The position numbers and the translations under genes are program-made. DNA of 64,000 nt. Origin: the human T2T-CHM13v2.0 reference genome, Homo sapiens. The DNA lies in the NCBI RefSeq assembly GCF_009914755.1, contig NC_060935.1. One strand, given 5' to 3'. The notes below the pieces were generated by a model. It saw only the letters and a list, made by a program, of their open reading frames with translations, made no database searches and was not told the origin of the DNA. Shown piece by piece: positions 51,480 to 64,000 of this stretch (its first letter is position 1; every line of letters begins with the position of its first letter).

Positions 51480-52790
51480 GAGTGATAAACCAGGAGTTGG
51501 AAAACCTGTGTTCAAGTCCTGATTGCCCCTGTATAAACCATGTAATTTGGAACAAGTAATGTAACCTTTGAGTTGATTTCCTAATTGATTGAATGAACTA
51601 TTAATTTATGCCCTACCTGTCTTATATGATTGTTGTGGAAAATAAGTGAGGTATACCAGTAGCTATAAATGCATAAGATTTTGCCTAATCTTTAATACTC
51701 ACAAAAACAAAGGGATCCTATAAGGAAAATGGTATTCAGTGACTTGCTTGAGGCCACAAAACTAGGTAATAATATAGCTAGGATTTGTCTGGTTTCCATT
51801 TCATAGTGCTCCCTCAGATATCTGTAAGACATTCACAAAAATGTGTTTTGATATTAATTTTAGGCAAAGTTGTGGTATCTTGAAGCCCATGGCGCATCAT
51901 TTTCCTCATTGATTCATTTAGTAAACATATTGAGTACTTTTGTCCCGTACCAGTTTCCTGGGATACAGAACATTATTCATTGAAAAAAATGTTCATTGAA
52001 CACCTAAATGCCAGGCACATGATGCAGAAAGTAAACATGTTCTCTCCTTCCATGGAGCTTATTGGGGGAGACAGCCAATAAACAAGAAACTAAGTAACTA
52101 GCAAGTATTTAATAAAGGAATATGCTATCCCAGAGAATGGAAGAAACTGCTTTAGATAAAGCAGTCAGAGAAGACCTCTCTAAGGAGAAATATAAAATTG
52201 AGGGCTAAAAGGAGCCAACTATGCTACAGCTGGGGGAAGAGCATTTCTAGGAGAAGGGTCACCAAGTACAAAGGTGATGATGAAGGAGGAATGGGCTTGG
52301 CATCTCTCAAAAAACTCAGCGTTTGGGGAATGTGAGAAAAGACTTGTATTTTGGGTAAATCATGTAATCTTTCAGCTTAATTTCTTATAAGATATCTATA
52401 TCTGTAATTTCTTGTGATGATTGAATGAAATCACATTTGAAAAAGCTTTTCATATAGGAGGTACTCAATAAATATAATTGGAATTTGTTGCAAAAGAGAG
52501 AGGCAGGAAGGACAGTAAAGACCAGACGTGTGCAGCTGGAGCATAGTGAGCGAGGGAAGAGCTACGTTAGAAGAGGTAGGAGAGGGCAGCCAGGGCCTTG
52601 AGGTCACTATAAGGAGTTGATATTTTATTCTCGAGGAAGTAGGAAATGCCTGAGGGACTTCAAGAAGCAGGATGGCATGAGCTGAGTTAGGCTTTTAAAA
52701 GTCACTCTGGCTGCTAAATACAGAATGATTTGAAGGGGGCAGTCAGAGAAGTAGGAATATCAGGAGTGGTGGTCTGATTACTCTGAGATG
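51480..52790. mobile_element. MIR and L2 fragments
   Basis: MIR-like gttcaagtcctg..tgtaatttggaacaagt and antisense L2 motifs (attcatttagtaaacatattgagtac, ttttaaaagtcactctggctgct). Confidence 0.55.
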
Positions 52791-53079
52791 TGTCTTGATT
52801 CTATTTTGTTTTCTTTGAAATTCCTTGTCTCCTAGTTTTTCATAGCTTTTGTAGTTATCTACACTTACAATGCCCAACAAGCTGAATACAGTCTCCCTAC
52901 CCTTTAATAAATTAGTGTAGCTTTTTAGTGCAGTTGTTGAAAAACAAAATGTGAGATAAAATGAAATAAATGTTTAATTTTACTCTAAGGTCATATTCAT
53001 TCCCATTCCCCATTACCCTTAGGAATCAGAAATTTTAAGAAGCACATGCAGTAATATTGGACTTTAAAAATCTTACATT

Positions 53080-53380
53080 GGCCGGGTGCGGTGGCTCACG
53101 CCTGTAATTCCAGCACTTTGGGAGGCTGAAGTGTGCAGATCATTTGAGGTCAAGAGTTTGAGACCAGCCTGACCGATATGGTGAAACACTGTTTCTACTA
53201 AAAATACAAAAAATTAGCTGGGTGTGGTGGCACACACCTGTAATCTCAGCTACTTGGGAGGCTGAGGCACGAGAATCACTTGAACCCAGAGGCAAAGGTT
53301 GCAGTGGGCTGAGATTGCACCACTGCACTCCAGCCTGAGTGACAGAGTGAGACTCTGTCTAAAAACAAAAACAAACAAAT
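53080..53380 (+). mobile_element. AluS
   Basis: Full dimer with TSD approximately aaaatctta(ca/tg)tt. Confidence 0.92.
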
Positions 53381-53776
53381 AAAATCTTATGTTAATATCC
53401 TGCAGGCACTTGCATTTACTAAATGTATTGAGTGTTCTGTGTATGTCATCCATGGTGCCAGGTGTTGAGGGTGTAAGAGATGGTTAAGACATTGATCCTG
53501 CCTCAGTGAGATTATAGTCCAGTTGAGGATATCAGATTTGTAATCAAGACAGTCAGTAAGTATTTATTGAATTCATACTCTGTGTCAGGCACTTAGAAGT
53601 TTATAGCAGGTACATGGTACTCAAAAAAGTGAGAATAATCACTTCTATCAGGAGCGATCAGGAAAACTTTTATAGAGAAGATGATTTCAGTGTCTTAAGA
53701 AATAAAATGATGTTTTCCAGTAGAAAAAAGAGTAAGAAGACATTTTAGGCTGGGTGAGTAGAAATATAGTAACATA

Positions 53777-53945
53777 GGCTGGGCATGGTGGCTCATGCCT
53801 GTAATCCTAGCACTTTGGGGGACTGAGGTGGGAGGATTGCTTGTGACCAGGAGTTTGAGGCTGTAGTGAGCTATGATTTTGCCACTGTACTCCAGTCTAG
53901 GTGACAGAGTGAGAACCCATTTCAAAATAGAAAATAAGAAAGGGA
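53777..53945 (+). mobile_element. Alu monomer (FRAM-like)
   Basis: Single arm ending gagaacccatttcaaaa. Confidence 0.82.
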
Positions 53946-54531
53946 AATAAATATGATAACATGGAACATCATGATGTTCTCACATTTACCCTAATTCTCA
54001 CAACTGTGAGAATTAATTCCATCTGTAAGGAAAGGAATTACCCTCAATTTAAAAAAGGAAAAAAAAAAAGAAAAAGAAAATTGAAGCTCAGAGAGATTAG
54101 TTAATTTTTTCAAGGAGTCATATTAAACAGTGATAAACCTAAGGTTATTCCTGGTCTGCCTGATTCTAAGATTCGTATAATTCTTGCCACAATTCAGTTT
54201 TCTTCCTCGCTTTGAATAATAACCTCTTTAAACCTGTGACAACTTTTTAGTATTCTATAGCAGCTGCTTTCTGGGAGAGACTCTAGTGAAGGAACTCCAA
54301 GCTGGTTATTCTGTGATATTCATGAGACTTTGCTGGGATAGACTTTATGCTGCATGGGGTGATACTGTTTGAGAAACTCCACCGTAGTGCTCCAACATTA
54401 GTGTGCTTTTCTAAGTGGGTAAGTTACTGTTGCAGTATGCCAAGGAGACCTGAACACAGTGGGAGAAAAATGTCCAGTGAAGGGTGTTCATCTGAGTTCC
54501 ACTGACCGAGACATTTAGCTTAAAAAAAAAA

Positions 54532-54536
<5 letters not shown>

Positions 54537-54584
<48 letters not shown>
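54537..54584. repeat. (GT)24 perfect dinucleotide microsatellite
   Basis: 48 nt of uninterrupted GT. Confidence 0.97.
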
Positions 54585-54586
<2 letters not shown>

Positions 54587-56956
54587 AAGTAATCCATAAC
54601 ACGAGAGCCTTTTGTGGTAATGAGACCCAGATTTCCTTCTGTGTCTGTATCCCTTTATGCAGGCATGATTTCTTGGAAAGGAGAGTCCATATGTCAAACA
54701 ATGTCTCATTGAGAACATGGAATGATTCCATAGATGCTGTGGCAGTGATTAGAGTCTTAAATATTTTGTCCTGTCTGGATCAGTGGGTGCTTGGTTCCTT
54801 AACAAATCAGCTGCCTCAGTGATTGGGAAGGCAGGATGGTAAGAGCTTTTAGATCACTTATTGTACTTGGATGCGTTTGAATATTAATAGTTTGTCCAAC
54901 ATATAAATCAAAGGAACATTTGAATGCATTTATAATGTTATGGCCATTGCGTGTTTGTGGAATTTGTTGTCATAAAAATTATACAAAAGCTACAGCCTTG
55001 AGTGGTTACCTACATTTTAAAAATAAACCAGGAATATTTATTATGAGGAAACTGGGTTTTAATTTTATTTTCAAGCCCCTTAAAAGTTTGTTGGAATTAG
55101 CATCTTTTTCACATACCTGAGTCTTAAGGTTCATTCGTGTTTCTCCCTGGACCGTCCACTCCTGCTCCAACTTCTCACTAACAAAACTATTGTCTGTGAC
55201 CTTTCTAACCCCCAGAACAGCATAAGGTACACAAACTTCTGCTCTGCCTTAGGTGTTAGGGACGTCATTAATGCTTACTGGAAAAGCACACCCCAGAGAG
55301 CTGGGTTTTGGCTGTGGCAGGTAAAAAAATCTTTCAGATCTTGCAATGCTGGAAACCTTAAACCTTTTGGTTTTTTAGCTAAAGTGATTGGCAACAGAAT
55401 GTGACATCTGAGGTTGCATGGCCTGCAATAGCCATAATTAACCACATGAGCTCACATTTTCCCACTGGAGATTCAGTGGTCTTGGGGTGATGAAAGTGAC
55501 TTCCCTACCAGGAGGTGGTTTTCCTTTTGAGGGTATTGAAATACCCTTGGGCCCTGTAATGCTTCACCCATGGTCCTTTTAAAATGCTTTTTAATATAAA
55601 GGTTCAATATTGGAAATCTAACACCACAGTGTTTAACACTGAGTCTGTGATGGAGCACTATGGCCTGGAATGGGAAACCTAGAATTTTTAATAGGTGGAG
55701 TGGGAAGACTTGTGGCAAGAATGGTGAGTGTGAATAACCTGAATCAAAGCTGATTTCCAATATTATTCAATTTTCAGTGTGTGCTATTTCTTTTTGTTTT
55801 ATTTCTGTGTGTAGACTTCTCTTAGAGATGCCTTTTTATCTTTAAACAAAGTTGTTTTGTTCATTGGTGGGAAGTGATGTTAGAAAATCAACTTTTGGTT
55901 ATTTTAATAGAGATGTGGATGTAGTCTCAAAATATACAAATATAATTCTTTAGCAGTCCTCCTTTCATAATATGGGGAAAATGTAGATGCTTGAATGTTT
56001 AGCATTAGATAGATAGTTTTGAAACATTCATTGTTTGCATTTGACTTGCTTGAAAGGCTAATTTAAGAGGCCTGCTCCTTTCTGGAAGTTTTCAAATCCT
56101 CTTCTGTCAGGTCATATAGGAAAGGAAAAGCTTTGTATAAAGCACATAGAGGGAAGTTGCAACTTAGCATAGTATTATCTGTCTTTAAGTCCTCATCTTC
56201 TTCCTCTTCCCCTCTCTCTTCAAAAGGTGGTTATTGAAGATCAAGTCCTTTTACTGACAGGAATATTTTAAATTTGATAAGACCTAATCTTTACGGAAAG
56301 CACGAGGCAGAATTCAGTCACCTGTGAAGAAACTCACAGTTACAGCTGTGACTCCACACCTGTATAGGTATTCTGGAGGATTGTGGACACAATTCTTTCA
56401 GTTACTTCATCACTCATAGTTTCTACCTATGTGGCTTTGACCAAGCCATTTATACCACCTGGGTCTCATTTCTCTCTTCTCCAAGTTGGTAGCATCAGAG
56501 TCAGTGATTGTGAAAGTTTCTCTTAGTTCTATTATTGTATGATAATGAATTTATAATGTAACAAATTTATAATGTAAAGTACTTTTAGTCCCTAAGGTAG
56601 TCTGATGTACGGGTTTCAGCAGAAGGAAAGTGTTGTAGTAGTATTCAAGGTACTTGGGTGGGACTGGGGCAAGAGGACACGGTCTCTAAAAATAATTAGG
56701 ATTCTAGTTAGTTAGAGCATGACTCAGTAGTTGGTTGAAAATTACTGCTGTTTGATTTTTTTCCATGGGTTTGTTTTAGAGAACAGACATTCCTTGAGAA
56801 GCCCATTTTCTGTTGAGTACTATGCAAGTCATCGAGGACTCTCAGACTTTTTATGTGCTCTTTGCTCTTACTAGAAAACTGTGAAGAAACTAAGGTGGTA
56901 CACGTGTGTCATATGCTTGGTACATTCGAGGCTCCCAAGTTAAAAAATTGTTATAT

Positions 56957-57082
56957 GCTGGGCACAGTGGCACAAACCTGTAGTCCCAGTTACTTGGGAG
57001 GCTGAGGCATGAGGATTGCTCGAGCCCAGGAGTTTGAGGTCGGCCTGGGCAACATAGTGAGACCTCATCTTTTTTTAAAAAA
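56957..57082 (+). mobile_element. FLAM-type Alu monomer
   Basis: Single arm with TSD aattgttatat on both sides. Confidence 0.85.
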
Positions 57083-58513
57083 TAATTGTTATATTAATGT
57101 TTAACAATAAATTTATGAGACAGTACAGTAGACTGGTTAATCGTGGAAGATTGGGTGTCAAGCCAACCTGTTTACTAGCTGTATTACTTTGGAAGGATTC
57201 CTTAATCTCTGAGCCTTAGTTTGTTTATCTGTAAAAGGAATGCAATAGCATTTAAAAGGTGTTTAACATTGTTAGTGAATGAATGAATGTCATATATAAA
57301 GTACTATAGACAGTTCTGGACAGAAAAAAGTATATATATAAAAAAATATATAAATAGTTACCTATTTTTATAAGACTACCAAAGAAAAACAAATAGTCTG
57401 CTATGGTAGTTAAGGGTAGAGAATTCACTGAGGAATGGATCTCTGTAGTGGCACTTCTACCATAAGAAGGTAGTGCTTACGTAATTAAGTGGAAACAGAA
57501 AGAAGAATGCGAAAATTTTTATTGGTAATTGAGGTTAAAGCCACCCTTAGAAGTCAGGGAATAGTCAAGGCATGGTCATTGTGATCATTTCAGCCCTTCT
57601 TCTCTAGCCAGATGGGATATTCCAGATTATGTGTTAAATGTTTTAGTGTATGAGTGCACACACGTGCACTTGTGCACTTTTAAAAGCATTTAGGAATACT
57701 GTATACCAAGAAGATCCTGTTTCCTTCCTCTTGGGGGAAGTTTAAAACTTTCTGTTGTATTACTCCCTTAGCCCCTGAATCATCATTTATCACTTGATAG
57801 ATAGTGGCAGAAATCTGGATAAGTTTAGAAAATGTAATTGTCTGTGGCTTTTTGAAAGCTAGATGCTTATGTCTGATTATAAGATACCTGCATTTTTTCC
57901 TAGTAGTTGCTTCCACCTATATTACATAAATAGGGTGGTATATGAACAGTGTGGTTTTTCACCTTTTGCTTTTGCTGTTTAAAGCATTTTCCCCCTTAAC
58001 CCATATTTAACTTCATAGACTTATTATGTAACCCTGTCTTTTTCAATATCAAGAACATACCCCATAAGAATGATTATACTATTTCATTTCCCTTTAGAAT
58101 TAATAATGTTGTAAAATAGTACAACTATATTGTCTAGGAAATTCTTAATGAATAAAATGTATAACCACTGTATAGTGTGTTAAGTTTAAACCTCTGAAGC
58201 TAATTTTCATATCATGTAATAGACTCAAGTATTAATTCATCCTGTAAAAATGCTGGGAAAGAAAGCAATGGTTATTTGGACATAGTAAGAGTTCTTGCTT
58301 TAAGGTATATATCAAATGTTAATCTCATCACATTAATTATTGGGAAATAGTTTAAAATACAGTTAGTAGATGAAGTTTCAAGTCTTGTTAATGTGTTTAC
58401 ATTTGCATAAAATTTATATAATTTAGATAAGTGGTTAATATTTTATGTACCACATATTTTTATAAAATATTCTTTGAAAATTATTTATTATCTTATGGTT
58501 ATTTATAAGGTAA

Positions 58514-58717
<204 letters not shown>

Positions 58718-59079
58718 TAAGTGTCTTTTTTTTAAAAAAATGATTTTAACATCAAGCCAGTATAAAACATGGGGTATAACAAAATACATAAAATGTAATC
58801 TAAATTATGACAACTTTTATATAACCTTTGTAGAGTGCCTCATTCATTTAAATCAAATGTAGTTATTATGTGAAACTAGTTATTCATATAAATTTTAATG
58901 ACTCAACCCCTGGGCTTCCAAGAATTGCTAATGGTGGCAAAAATTTACTTAAGTTTCATTTACTTTCTTCTTACTTTTGTGAGGATAAGTGTCATATGAT
59001 CTACAAATATTCACCTAGTACCTCTTGCCTGCCACTCAACAAGTAAAATGTTAAAAGATTTGTCAGAGATCTAACTAGG

Positions 59080-59925
59080 AAAAGATATAATGGCAGATTG
59101 AACATAGCTGAAAAGTAGATTAGTGAATTGGAAGATAGGTCAGCAGAAAATACAAGTGTCTAATATACATATAATTTCAGGCACAGAGAGGCTGGAAAGA
59201 TTGTGAGGTAAACACAAAATTTTAAGAGATAATGACTAAGAATTTTCAAATTTAACAAAAGACATGAAATTACAAATTCAAGAAGCACTAACAAAACAGA
59301 ATGACAATAAAGAAAACATACCTGGGGAAATTAAACAGCTGAATATCAAAGAGAAAGTGAAAATACTAAAAGCAACTAGAGAGAAAGACATGATAGCATG
59401 AAAAGATTGATAGTAAGACTGAAAGCTGATTTCTCAATGGAACAATGGAAGCCAGATGGTGATGCAGTGACATTTTAAAATATGGAAAAAACAGAACTGT
59501 CCACTTAGAATTCTATACCCAGTGAAAATATTATTCAAAAGTACAGGCAAAATAAAGATATTTCAGACCATCAAAACTGAGAAAATATATCGCAGCAGAC
59601 CTGCAGTAAAGGAAATACTAAAGGAAGAATAAAAATAATTTCAAAAAGAAACATGGAAATACAGTACAGAACAAAGAATAAGAGAAAGGAACAAAGAATA
59701 AGAGAAAGGATAAAGATGTATTTCTAAATTCATTTTGACTATAAATAAATACTAATGTCTTCTTAAATATAACATGCATATACATAATAATATATGTAGG
59801 TTTATAATGCATGGTTCTAACACAAAAAGTAAAAAGGGTTGAGTGGGGTTAAAGTGCTCAGAGATCTTAGCATTGTCTGGAAAATGGTAAAGGTACTAAT
59901 TTATATTCAGACTAATAAACATGCA
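59080..59925 (+). mobile_element. Old L1M ORF1 region, sense
   Basis: gattagtgaattggaagatagg, aaaagcaactagagagaaa and agaattctatacccagtgaaaata motifs. Confidence 0.72.
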
Positions 59926-59929
59926 TATT

Positions 59930-63050
<3,121 letters not shown>

Positions 63051-63054
63051 CTCC

Positions 63055-64000
<946 letters not shown>

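Noticed and set aside
53992-54015. 11-bp perfect inverted repeat taattctcaca-ac-tgtgagaatta, and smaller hairpins at 31590-31606 and ~57653-57670
   Set aside because: Short, AT-rich and isolated. A few are expected in 64 kb, and none has a terminator, miRNA or array context.

Overview
Human genomic DNA from the middle of the autophagy/PI3KC3-complex II gene UVRAG, on the + strand. Six GT-AG coding exons splice into one uninterrupted frame: 3184-3289, 25127-25253, 45746-45830, 49272-49359, 50545-50605 and 58551-58716. By my recollection of the reference protein these are exons 7-12, ~aa 198-409 (coiled coil and start of the BARA2 region). About 99% of the window is intron, filled with transposon relics: a Tigger1, a full-length antisense L1PA5-like LINE-1 (15307-21775) carrying a near-consensus human-specific AluYb8, more than 25 Alu/FLAM/FRAM copies, old L1M/L2/MIR pieces, MSTB and MER21 LTRs, and small DNA transposons. 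I see no prokaryote-type system, CRISPR array or RNA gene, and nearly all ORFs in the track come from repeats. The best lead is the antisense L1, 3.3 kb upstream of exon 8. Its antisense promoter and ORF0 point into UVRAG, and a non-consensus donor (CTG|GTATGC) is in frame with exon 8. It also has an antisense AATAAA, giving a 'gene-breaking' layout. Other leads: all six exons are 3n+1 nt long, the exon-8 A10 microsatellite, in-frame cryptic splice sites, Alu pairs favouring circRNA, and a 120-nt orphan retro-insertion. Repeat subfamily names and boundaries come from remembered consensus sequences and are approximate.
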